This document shows positions 17,840-26,644 of a stretch of DNA of 32,000 bases, piece by piece. The stretch's first letter is position 1; each line of letters begins with the position of its first letter. The notes under the pieces are model-generated. The model was given only the letters and a program-made list of their open reading frames with translations, searched no databases and had not been told where the DNA came from. Source of the stretch: Psychrobacter cryohalolentis K5 (GTDB lineage Bacteria; Pseudomonadota; Gammaproteobacteria; Pseudomonadales; Moraxellaceae); contig NC_007969.1 of assembly GCF_000013905.1 (NCBI RefSeq), positions 900,001 through 932,000 of the forward strand, read 5' to 3'. The translations under genes were made by a program, and so were the position numbers.

Positions 17840-18421
17840 TTAGCTTTCGCCAAATACCGGTAGAGGATCAAAGCTAACCTCTGATCGTGGTAACTTGGCA
17901 ACATCTTGCATGCGCCAATCGTCTTTACCCTTATGACTTACTTGTAAATAATATTTTGCTTTAAGAGGATCGATATCTACTTGGGCGCTATATTTATTGC
18001 CTTCTAGATGCTTTAACACCGCATCACGGTCTTTTTTGATGTCAGTGGCATGAGATATAGACAAATCCAGTGTTTCAGGATAGCTAAGTGGACTGCCATT
18101 AATCAGTTTGCCCGACTGTAAACTTTGCTCAGGATAATTCAGATAAAACACAACATCGCCATTATCTGCAAATTGCATTTGTCCATGCAAGTCTAAATCA
18201 TAGGTCAACTTGTCACGTGACACATCATGATAAAGGGTTTTACCATCCATATACCAGTCGTCGCGTACCACGCTATCACGAATCTGATAAGAGTAATAAA
18301 CAAACCAGATGCAAGCAATGACGACAAAAGCTGGCATACCAATGACAAAGATAACCACCATATAGTTTTTATACCATGGCTGGCTGTCTTGATGCTTAAA
18401 ATTTGGGGCTGGACTGGACAT
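17840..18421 (-). CDS. ccoH: FixH/CcoH-family cbb3 oxidase assembly protein
   Basis: Start placed at MSSPAPNFKHQDSQPWYKNYMVVIFVIG... (an AGG-containing SD-like sequence lies upstream; the longer ORF start at 18547 has none). It has the PWY motif, a single TM helix and then D.WY..G, as in FixH, and sits immediately downstream of ccoG. Confidence 0.68.
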   Translation of the reverse strand: MSSPAPNFKHQDSQPWYKNYMVVIFVIGMPAFVVIACIWFVYYSYQIRDSVVRDDWYMDGKTLYHDVSRDKLTYDLDLHGQMQFADNGDVVFYLNYPEQSLQSGKLINGSPLSYPETLDLSISHATDIKKDRDAVLKHLEGNKYSAQVDIDPLKAKYYLQVSHKGKDDWRMQDVAKLPRSEVSFDPLPVFGES

Positions 18422-18567
18422 AACATACCTATTAATCAGATATCTAGTAACCGTATCAACGGATAAAGCTGACAGCCAAAAGCTGCCAAGGTAAGGTAAC
18501 TCAATCACCAGTGAGCTATCAAGCGGTAACTCACTGGTAGGTATCATTTAACAATGAATATTAATAC

Positions 18568-19977
18568 TTACTGACCTTGAGTGGTGAAAACATTCTGCTT
18601 ACTAACATGATATTTGCCGTCTTCACTACTGACATTCAAAGTCACGGGTGTTTGACCAAATTCAATCACATCAGGGTCGCCATAGATACTAACTGGCATA
18701 TCAAAGCTTTCACCAGCATCTAACGGCACATCGTTAAAGCGAATCTCCAAGCTCAAACCCTCTTGCGGTGCGAGCGTTATTTTATAAGTATGGGCATCTT
18801 GGGTTTTATTGGTCAACTTAACGATATAACTGTTTTCAATCATGCCTTGCTGATTCAATGAAGACAACTGATTGCGGTCACGCCGTATATCAATCTCTAA
18901 TGGCACACGGTCATTCAAAGCGTATAAAACACCGCCACAAAGTATCGTGAGAAGTGTTAAGTAAGCGAAGAAACGAGGGCGAAAGACACGGCTCTTCTCT
19001 TTTTCAGCCAATTGACGCTCTGTGGTATAACGGATAAGTCCGCGTGGATAGCCCACTTTATCCATTATCTCATTACAAGCATCCACACAGGCGGCGCATT
19101 GAATACAAGCTACTTGTAATCCATCACGAATATCAATCCCAGTAGGGCAGACCTGTACACACATCTGACACTCGATACAGTCACCTAAATTCTCAGGGTT
19201 GGTGCCTTTTTTGCGAGCACCGCGAGGCTCGCCGCGCTCATAATCATAAGAAACGATTAACGTATCTTTATCAAACATCACACTTTGAAAACGACCATAA
19301 GGGCAGATTTGGATACACATCTGCTCGCGCATATAACCTGCATTGACGTAGGTCGAAAACGCAAAGATAAATACTGATACCCAAATCCACGTCGCCCAAT
19401 CAGGGAAGGGGATAAAACCAATCATCTGCCAGCTATTGTATAGAGCATCTGTACCCGATACATAACTTACAAAGGTCGTGGCAGTAATCATGGAAAACAC
19501 AAACCAGATAAAATATATCAAGAAGCGTTTAAACACCTTGGTTGCGCTCATTGGTTCTTTATCAAACTTAATGCGCTTATTGCGATCGCCAATCACCCAT
19601 TTTTCTACATATTGAAATAAATGCGTCCAAATGGTCTGGGGACAAGCATAGCCACACCAAACTCGCCCTGCATAGACTGTTACCATAAATAAGGCGAAGG
19701 CTGCAATGATAGCAAAGGCGGCAATAAAATAAAAATCCTGCGTCAAAAATGTCATGCCAAAAATATAATAATGCTGCGATGGCACATCAAACCAAATAGC
19801 TTGTCGTCCGTTATAGCGCAACCACGGCAACAGCAAAAACGCCGCTAAAAGTGCATACATCGTAATAACACGAATGTTTTGATAGAAACCAGTCACAAAT
19901 CGTGGATGGACACGATGCTTGGTGGCATCAAGATCTACTTGCTGTACAGGGATTTTATTAGATTGTGGTGCTGACAT
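18568..19977 (-). CDS. ccoG: Cytochrome c oxidase accessory protein CcoG/FixG (4Fe-4S, membrane)
   Basis: GRVWCGYACPQT, plus two ferredoxin-type clusters CIQICPYG and CIECQMCVQVCPTGIDIR ... CIQCAACVDAC. It also has TM helices and a C-terminal Ig-like domain. Confidence 0.9.
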   Translation of the reverse strand: MSAPQSNKIPVQQVDLDATKHRVHPRFVTGFYQNIRVITMYALLAAFLLLPWLRYNGRQAIWFDVPSQHYYIFGMTFLTQDFYFIAAFAIIAAFALFMVTVYAGRVWCGYACPQTIWTHLFQYVEKWVIGDRNKRIKFDKEPMSATKVFKRFLIYFIWFVFSMITATTFVSYVSGTDALYNSWQMIGFIPFPDWATWIWVSVFIFAFSTYVNAGYMREQMCIQICPYGRFQSVMFDKDTLIVSYDYERGEPRGARKKGTNPENLGDCIECQMCVQVCPTGIDIRDGLQVACIQCAACVDACNEIMDKVGYPRGLIRYTTERQLAEKEKSRVFRPRFFAYLTLLTILCGGVLYALNDRVPLEIDIRRDRNQLSSLNQQGMIENSYIVKLTNKTQDAHTYKITLAPQEGLSLEIRFNDVPLDAGESFDMPVSIYGDPDVIEFGQTPVTLNVSSEDGKYHVSKQNVFTTQGQ

Positions 19978-20318
19978 AAACGTGCCTCTTTAAAAAAAGA
20001 ATCAGTCTGCTGGCATGGGTAACAAACATCTATTATAAAAATAAGATAGGTGGATGTGCGGTGTTATCAATGTCAGTAAGTAGAGAGATAAAAATTAAAA
20101 TGCGTTTAATTCGTCTACCAAATGAGGGATGGTCAATAATTGGCAAAAAAGCTGAAATGGCTCTGTCACCAATGTCTTATGGTCTAATATTTTAACATTC
20201 TCCCTACTATAAATGGGGTGAAAGTGTTAAAAAGCAATATCTATATGAGGGCTATTACGCTACAAATAGTAGTACTGCTAAAAGCCATAATTGATGACAA
20301 AGCTTAAATATTTTTAAT

Positions 20319-20351
20319 AAAAAAGAGAGGACTGTAATGACAGACCTCCCT
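20319..20351 (-). terminator. Intrinsic terminator after ccoP
   Basis: On the minus strand: AGGGAGGtCTGT-catt-ACAGtCCTCTCT followed by TTTTTT. It lies about 65 nt past the ccoP stop. Confidence 0.65.
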
Positions 20352-20416
20352 TTATCTAAATCTACTCGTCAATGAGATAGCTGCTAACCAAGTAACTATA
20401 GTTAAAATTAACCGTA

Positions 20417-21568
20417 TTAGTTAACCGTCTTCTCTGTACTTACCACTTGTTTTGGCATTGCAGCAGCAACAGAAGTTGCCTTAGCAGCAGGTTGAACAGT
20501 TCTATCTGATAATGAATATACGTAGGCAGCAAGCAACATAATACGTTCATTACCTAGCTTGGTTTCCCACTCAGGCATCACACCTGCACGACCATAACGT
20601 AATGTTTCTCGAATAGTCTCGCGATCGCCACCATATAACCAGATATTATCTGTTAAGTTTGGCGCACCTGCTGAAATCATACCTTTACCCTCTGGACCAT
20701 GACAAAGCACACAGTTGGTAGGTTCTTTAAAGATAGCTTCACCTTGAGCAACTTGGGCTTTATCAAGCTCGTAACCGGGTTGGTTACCAGATAGTGACAG
20801 CACATATTCAGAAACAGCACGAATACCATCTTCACCAAGTTGATCACGCCATGCAGCCATGCCACCGACTCGACCATTATGTAACGTCGTTAAGATGTTT
20901 GACGCTTCGCCGCCATATAACCAATCATTATCGGTTAGATTTGGATAACCTGTAGCACCTTTGGCGTTTGAGCCATGACAGACCGCACAGTTCTGTAAGA
21001 ACAAGCGACTACCGACTTTTAACGCATTCGGGTTTTCAGATAGCTTTTCTACATAAGGTGACAGTTCGGCAATTTTTTCATCAATTTGAGCTTGCAGATC
21101 TGCAGGCGGCTTTTCACTACGACGCATAGTCGCTTGCATCTCAGACAAGCTGGCTAGGGTCTTAGTAGCACCGCTGGCATCTGCTTTTGCCAAAATGTTT
21201 TTCTCAAAGTTATCTGTAAATACTTTGTTGTTACTCTCAAGCTCACTGTAAAGCTCGTTTTTAGAGGTCCATGGCAAAGTTTTGCCATCGACTTCTACGG
21301 TTGTGATGCCTTCCCATTTTGAGGGGAAAATACCTGGAAAGAACACCCAGTAAGCAACACCCCAAATGATTGATCCAAAAAATATCACTAGCCACCATTT
21401 AGGCAGCGCTTTATCATATTCTCGAATACCGTCGTATTCATGCCCTGTGGTACCATCGTCTTCTACTTCTGGTTTGAATTTTAAGACCATTAGTAAAATA
21501 CCGAGGATAAACGCCCAGCACATGATACTTAGTATAGTTATCCAAGAACTCCAAAAGAATGTCATCAT
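20417..21568 (-). CDS. ccoP: cbb3-type cytochrome c oxidase subunit III (dihaem c) CcoP
   Basis: N-terminal TM helix and HEYDGIREYD..LPKWW motif. Two haem-c sites, CAVCHG and CVLCHG. Its ATG overlaps the ccoQ stop (ATGA). Confidence 0.92.
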   Translation of the reverse strand: MMTFFWSSWITILSIMCWAFILGILLMVLKFKPEVEDDGTTGHEYDGIREYDKALPKWWLVIFFGSIIWGVAYWVFFPGIFPSKWEGITTVEVDGKTLPWTSKNELYSELESNNKVFTDNFEKNILAKADASGATKTLASLSEMQATMRRSEKPPADLQAQIDEKIAELSPYVEKLSENPNALKVGSRLFLQNCAVCHGSNAKGATGYPNLTDNDWLYGGEASNILTTLHNGRVGGMAAWRDQLGEDGIRAVSEYVLSLSGNQPGYELDKAQVAQGEAIFKEPTNCVLCHGPEGKGMISAGAPNLTDNIWLYGGDRETIRETLRYGRAGVMPEWETKLGNERIMLLAAYVYSLSDRTVQPAAKATSVAAAMPKQVVSTEKTVN

Positions 21569-21744
21569 TTATCCTTATCGCGCTGCTCGTCAGACAGAGA
21601 TTTGATATCCTCGTCATCAAGCGCAAGTTGTGCATCTTCTTCGAAGCGTTTTTTGTTTTTTGGCGAATACGCCCACCATGCAACACCTACGAAGGCAATA
21701 AAGGCAGAAACGGTCGCAATTGTTTGTAATTCACCAATACCCAT
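21565..21744 (-). CDS. ccoQ: cbb3-type cytochrome c oxidase subunit IV CcoQ/FixQ (59 aa; not in the supplied ORF track)
   Basis: Hand translation gives [59 protein letters not shown]. It has a single TM helix followed by WAYSPKNKK.FEE.A, typical of CcoQ. Its ATG overlaps the ccoO stop (TAATG), and its TGA overlaps the ccoP ATG. Confidence 0.8.
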   Translation of the reverse strand: MGIGELQTIATVSAFIAFVGVAWWAYSPKNKKRFEEDAQLALDDEDIKSLSDEQRDKDK

Positions 21745-22382
21745 TAGCGCTGTCCTTCCATTGCGGTACCTAACTGCTGGAGGTAGGCAACCAAAGCATC
21801 AAGCTCAGTAGCACCAAGCACAGCATCTGGAGCGCCTTCAATATCTTCTTCAGTATAAGGCACACCGAAGCGATCACGGAAGAGACGCATTTTGGCTTGA
21901 ACATTAGAACCATTCACTTCATTGGTCGCAAGCCATGGGAAACCGGGCATGACTGATTCAGGCACTAATGAACGTGGGTCAATCAGATGTTGTCTTTGCC
22001 AATCTTCAGAATAACGGCCGCCCACACGTGCTAAATCGGGACCAGTACGTTTTGAGCCCCAAAGAAAAGGGTGATCCCACGTTGATTCGGCAGCACGTGA
22101 GTATGGTCCATAACGCTCAACTTCAGCACGTAATGGACGTACCATTTGGGTATGGCAGACATGACAACCTTCACGAATGTAGATGTCACGACCTTCAAAT
22201 TCAAGCGCAGTCCAAGGCTCCATAGAAGGGAGAGGAGTGTTCACACCACCTTCTTCAGCACCTCTATAATCGTATATCAGCGGTACAATCTCAACGAGCG
22301 TTGCAAAGCTAATAGCAATAACGATACCGATGACCAACAAGCCTGTATTTTTTTCAATAATTTCATGCGGTGTACCAGCCAT
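21744..22382 (-). CDS. ccoO: cbb3-type cytochrome c oxidase subunit II (monohaem) CcoO
   Basis: [20 protein letters not shown] haem-c site and GPDL.RVGGRYS.DW...HL.DPR. Confidence 0.93.
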   Translation of the reverse strand: MAGTPHEIIEKNTGLLVIGIVIAISFATLVEIVPLIYDYRGAEEGGVNTPLPSMEPWTALEFEGRDIYIREGCHVCHTQMVRPLRAEVERYGPYSRAAESTWDHPFLWGSKRTGPDLARVGGRYSEDWQRQHLIDPRSLVPESVMPGFPWLATNEVNGSNVQAKMRLFRDRFGVPYTEEDIEGAPDAVLGATELDALVAYLQQLGTAMEGQR

Positions 22383-22391
22383 GATCGCTCC

Positions 22392-23873
22392 TTATACTTT
22401 AGCTGTCGAGATTTGATCGACACTAGGTTCATGATCAGTCGGATCAGCAATGTCTACTGGCTTACCTTCTGGCATCTTGATTGTTCTATAGACATTATAT
22501 GCCATTACAAACATACCAGATACATACAGAAGACCACCAAACGCACGACCAATATATGGGAAATGCGAGAACTCAACGGTATCAACAAAGCTGTATACCA
22601 AAGTACCATCAGGGTTGGTCGCAAGCCACATCATGCCTTGGCCAATACCTGAAATCCACATAGAGACGATATAGAAAATGGTACCTGCTGTTGCTAGCCA
22701 GAAATGCGTTGTGATCAAGCTGATAGAATACATTTTTGGCTTGTTATAAATACGTGGTAACAGTACATATAGCGAACCAATGGTAATCATACCAACCCAG
22801 CCAAGCGCACCTGAGTGTACATGACCAACTGTCCAATCCGTATTATGCGATAGCGCATTGACAGTCTTAATAGACATCATTGGACCTTCAAACGTCGACA
22901 TGGCATAGAATGACAAAGCGACAATCATAAAGCGAATGATCGGATCGGTACGCAGTTTATCCCAACTACCTGAAAGCGTTAGTACACCGTTAATCATACC
23001 ACCCCAAGATGGAGCAAATAGAATAATAGAGAATACCATTGCTAATGACTGCGTCCAATCTGGAAGTGCTGAATAATGCAAATGGTGACCACCAGCCCAC
23101 ATGTATGAAGCAATCAATGCCCAAAAGTGAACGATAGACAAACGGTAAGAATAAATTGGGCGACCAATCTGTACTGGCACGAAATAATACATCATGCCTA
23201 AGAAAGCAGCCGTCAAATAGAAGCCTACCGCATTATGCCCATACCACCACTGCACCATGGCATCGGTTGCACCGCCAAATAGCGAGTAAGACTTAAATGC
23301 ACTAACAGGAATCGCCATGCTATTTACAATATGCAGTAGCGCAATCGTAATAATAAAGGCAGCAAAGAACCAGTTAGCCACATAGATATGTGACGTTTTA
23401 CGCTTAATTAGCGTACCGAAGAAGACAATGGCATATGAAATCCATACCAATGCGATAAGGATATCAATCGGCCACTCAAGCTCAGCGTATTCTTTAGTCG
23501 AGGTTAAACCTAATGGTAAGGTAATAACAGCCGCTACGATAACCGTCTGCCAACCCCAAAAGGTAAACCAAGCTAAGTAAGGCGCAAATAATCTTGTCTT
23601 ACAAGTACGCTGAACGATGTAATAAGACGTTGCGAACAAGGCTGAGCCACCGAACGCAAAAATAACCGCATTGGTGTGCAGTGGTCTTAAACGACTAAAA
23701 GTCAGCCATGGAATGTCAAAATTGAGTGCTGGCCATGCTAACTGAGAAGCAATGAACACACCAATACTCATGCCGACGATGCCCCATACCACGGCCATAA
23801 CCGTAAAGAATCTTACGATAGTAATTTCATATTCACGGTCAATGGGGGCGAGTGCTGTGTTTTGTAAACTCAT
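22392..23873 (-). CDS. ccoN: cbb3-type cytochrome c oxidase subunit I CcoN
   Basis: 493-aa, 12+ TM haem-copper oxidase with [31 protein letters not shown] and [10 protein letters not shown] motifs. Confidence 0.93.
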   Translation of the reverse strand: MSLQNTALAPIDREYEITIVRFFTVMAVVWGIVGMSIGVFIASQLAWPALNFDIPWLTFSRLRPLHTNAVIFAFGGSALFATSYYIVQRTCKTRLFAPYLAWFTFWGWQTVIVAAVITLPLGLTSTKEYAELEWPIDILIALVWISYAIVFFGTLIKRKTSHIYVANWFFAAFIITIALLHIVNSMAIPVSAFKSYSLFGGATDAMVQWWYGHNAVGFYLTAAFLGMMYYFVPVQIGRPIYSYRLSIVHFWALIASYMWAGGHHLHYSALPDWTQSLAMVFSIILFAPSWGGMINGVLTLSGSWDKLRTDPIIRFMIVALSFYAMSTFEGPMMSIKTVNALSHNTDWTVGHVHSGALGWVGMITIGSLYVLLPRIYNKPKMYSISLITTHFWLATAGTIFYIVSMWISGIGQGMMWLATNPDGTLVYSFVDTVEFSHFPYIGRAFGGLLYVSGMFVMAYNVYRTIKMPEGKPVDIADPTDHEPSVDQISTAKV

Positions 23874-23936
23874 TGGATGATTCCTTTACAGCCCGAATTA
23901 TCAACAGAATTAACTAACATGCCATGTCATCTAGAT

Positions 23937-23950
23937 CATGATAAAGATCA
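23937..23950 (-). promoter_or_regulatory. Possible FNR/Anr-type box upstream of ccoN
   Basis: On the minus strand ATGAT-CTTT-ATCAT is a perfect dyad that matches TTGAT-N4-ATCAA at 8 of 10 positions. It lies 64-77 nt upstream of the ccoN ATG. cbb3 operons are classically FNR/Anr-activated. Confidence 0.35.
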
Positions 23951-24745
23951 TAACCAAACAATGGCTTTGGTAAAGGCTGTTTTCACTCGTCTTATCAGGC
24001 TGACGGTATTAACTATCAAGCTAAGCATGGCCTAGATATCAGTGATTGCTGATGGGTAGAGAGCAGTACGAAAGCGGACTGCCCGCGAAGCTGATTGATA
24101 GTAGGATTGTTAATATATTGTCAGGTTTAATAAGAAAATGTGCCGTTCTCGAGCATCAAACATCTATTGAGGCTGAGTATTTATCTTAATTGTCACTGCT
24201 AAAAGCCGTACAAACCAAGATAGATACTGATGTTCAACCGGTGATAAGAAGGTATCGACCGTCAATGTATGCTAGCGATAGCTGACAAAAAAACATATTT
24301 ACGTAATGTTTAGTTAAAACTCCCGACTCTGTTTAAGGGTATTGTAACGCAAACCTAATCAAATATCATCAGAACTATGCGCCAAAATACAAACTCTTTA
24401 GTAAAATCTTAGCAAGCAATTTATCACTGCTATGCTATCCACTTATTTTATACCCAATTTCATGACTATTCTATAGATGAAAAAAGATAGTATTCACAAG
24501 TTTGTACGGACAAACTATGAACAAGGTTTTGTAACAATTTTATTATTTGTTCTACAAATAAGTTTTACTTATTGTAAAGTCGCGTCTTATAATGCCACTG
24601 AGCAGCATCCATAATAAAGTGCTTATTATATAAAATAGTCACCTTGTAGTAGTAAGTTTTTTGGCATTTAACTGACTGTTAGGTTGGAGCACGAAAGGTG
24701 CTGACCTAGCACCGATTAACAACAATAGGTATTAAGGATAATAAT

Positions 24746-25135
24746 ATGGCAGTTTTTTTGACAGATGAATGGTTTGAGCAAGTTGAGCAAATGGGTCAAG
24801 AAGCAGGTGAGCTTAATTTGCCGCCCGCACTTGCGAATATGATCGTCAATCTAAAAGTATCTGATAGCGATCAAGACATCGAAGCCAACTTTGCAAATGG
24901 TCTATTACATCGCGGCTTAAACGATGGAGCGACCACCACGTTATTACTTGATCGTAGTATCCTACAATCCATCATCACTGATTTCGATACCAATGAAATC
25001 ATGGGCGCCTTTATGGGTGGTAAGATTCGTGTCGAAGGCGATATGTCACAGTTGATGGCAGTACAGACGGCTCGTCCAAGTGCTGAGCAAAAAGCGCTTT
25101 ATAGCAATATTAAGTCAATGACTACAATGGCTTAG
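24746..25135 (+). CDS. SCP2 (sterol carrier protein 2-like) domain protein
   Basis: 129 aa. The N-terminal FLTDEW and C-terminal AFMGGKIRVEGDMSQLMAVQ pattern is typical of bacterial SCP2 domain proteins. AAGGA SD lies upstream. Confidence 0.7.
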   Translation: MAVFLTDEWFEQVEQMGQEAGELNLPPALANMIVNLKVSDSDQDIEANFANGLLHRGLNDGATTTLLLDRSILQSIITDFDTNEIMGAFMGGKIRVEGDMSQLMAVQTARPSAEQKALYSNIKSMTTMA

Positions 25136-25159
25136 AGTCATTATTAATTTAATCGTATT

Positions 25160-25209
25160 TAGACAAATAAAAAGCCCCTAAAATCAATTAGGGGCTTTTT
25201 ATTTGTCTA
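25160..25209. terminator. Bidirectional intrinsic terminator (22-bp perfect stem)
   Basis: tagacaaataaaaagcccctaa (25160-25181) / ttaggggctttttatttgtcta (25188-25209) with a 6-nt loop. It lies between convergent genes. Confidence 0.8.
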
Positions 25210-25226
25210 AAATAATCTAAATCTGA

Positions 25227-26222
25227 CTAGCTGGCTTTCGATTGTGCTACTTGCTGATTTTCTTTATAAATAGCCGCTTGTAGCCATACGTTTGCTTGTA
25301 CGTAATCATGAACGTTAATAGAGGCAGTATCAGGTGTTTTTAGCGCACCAATACGCATCACAAACGGATCAGCATCTTGTTCGCGCAGTACCACCACATC
25401 AAACAGAATAATCGTTTTACCATTAAATAGGGTTTCTTGCTTGCCAAGTACTTGACCTTGACACCACGCTTCATCTTCTTGACCTAACGTATCGCCAAAC
25501 AAATAAGCACACATATGACCCAGATTGATCTCAACCGGCGCCATTTGTTCTTTGGTTTCTGGTTGCCATGCTTTGATTTGTTCTTGTAGGTCATCCGGCA
25601 TCTTTCCATCGTTTGCCGCAACGATATCATTAAAAGCGCGGTGATAGCGTATCGCTTCTTGGTCTTCTACTTTGATGACTTCATTTTGTTCACTGATTTT
25701 GATCTCATGTGCCCAGGCGCTAAAATTCACAAAATAGGTGGTATCACGTTGATACAGATGGCGATTCGCAGTATATAGCTGATCAAAAGCATAGATGATG
25801 CTGCCATCAGTGGTACGTAAGCGTAATACGGCATCGTGTGAATTGTCATTGACAATCATACGCTCGATTTTACAGCTCAATCCATATGGGCTGTCGACAC
25901 AAGGATAGGCATTGATAAAGCATTCAGGCTTGCCATTCTTCATTGCCAGTACTTGATTGATATGACAAGGTTGGTTCTCAGATAGCAATAAACAGCTGTC
26001 TTTGGCACTGACATCGGTATTAAGGCCTTTAGGCATCGCTGCTTTTTCAATCATCTGTTGTAACCATTCAGGTACATCATGACTCATGTCATCAGTCAGA
26101 ATACGCCAATGGTCACCGTGACCAGCTGATTGCTCATCAGTTAAGGTGATTTTGGTAGGAGATTGGATGTTTTTATATTGATAATTAATGGTCATGAAAA
26201 TACTCAAACTTAAGTCAGCCAT
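25227..26222 (-). CDS. Hypothetical cytoplasmic protein, family not recognised (331 aa or 322 aa)
   Basis: Long ORF with normal-looking composition and no signal peptide or TM segment. It is acidic, with five Cys clustered in about 50 aa (SCLLLSENQPCHIN...KPECFINAYPCVDSPYGLSCK). Neither candidate start (26222 or 26195) has a convincing SD. Confidence 0.5.
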   Translation of the reverse strand: MADLSLSIFMTINYQYKNIQSPTKITLTDEQSAGHGDHWRILTDDMSHDVPEWLQQMIEKAAMPKGLNTDVSAKDSCLLLSENQPCHINQVLAMKNGKPECFINAYPCVDSPYGLSCKIERMIVNDNSHDAVLRLRTTDGSIIYAFDQLYTANRHLYQRDTTYFVNFSAWAHEIKISEQNEVIKVEDQEAIRYHRAFNDIVAANDGKMPDDLQEQIKAWQPETKEQMAPVEINLGHMCAYLFGDTLGQEDEAWCQGQVLGKQETLFNGKTIILFDVVVLREQDADPFVMRIGALKTPDTASINVHDYVQANVWLQAAIYKENQQVAQSKAS

Positions 26223-26644
26223 GAGGTTTGGGTCTGAAACTGTGATCGCTGAGTACCATGTGCCACTTAAAAAGAGGGGTTTATGATGGTCAGCAATGCC
26301 GTCAGTAAAGAGGCAACAAACAACAATGAGGGGTTAATGACAATTGTCTTTAGCATACAATATATAGGTATAGACACAGAGAATAGCAAGTCTGTTATAA
26401 AAAATAATCATAAAACCGCATTTTTTATTATAAAATCTGGACAGTTTTCGGTAATGACTGGCACCTGTTAGCCAAATTGTGTCAAACTAGCTCCCTTTTG
26501 ACAGCCACATTTGGCTTGTCTTACACCCTGTTTTTGTGTTCGATTGATATGTTTTTGTGGCAGCTGCAAAAGTATGATGCAATTGCCGCTATTTGTTTTG
26601 TAACCTACATAAAGTCGCACGTAGATAAGATAAAGAGTTTGAAT

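Noticed and set aside
18422-18547. Longer start (18547) for the fixH-like gene
   Set aside because: There is no SD. The extra 42 residues are not FixH-like. The Met at 18421 has an AGG-containing SD-like sequence and yields the usual short N-terminus before the PWY motif and TM helix.
20070-20195. 41-aa plus-strand ORF (MSVSREIKIKMRLIRLPNEGW...) in the ccoP-ccoG spacer
   Set aside because: It has no convincing SD, runs opposite to both neighbours and shows no recognisable motif. The evidence is too weak to call a gene.
21366-22663. Plus- and minus-strand alternative-frame ORFs across ccoP, ccoO and ccoN (for example 21438..21686, 21602..21811, 22146..22652)
   Set aside because: They overlap strongly supported cbb3 oxidase genes. 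The 21565-21744 interval is better explained by the in-frame, translationally coupled ccoQ.
26283-26644. ORF 26283..26471 and the 56-codon N-terminal extension of the Lol permease ORF (from 26477)
   Set aside because: The canonical Lol permease N-terminus (MFRPL.LFIGLRYTR) starts at 26645. The upstream segments have no SD or homology signal and lie in the promoter region.
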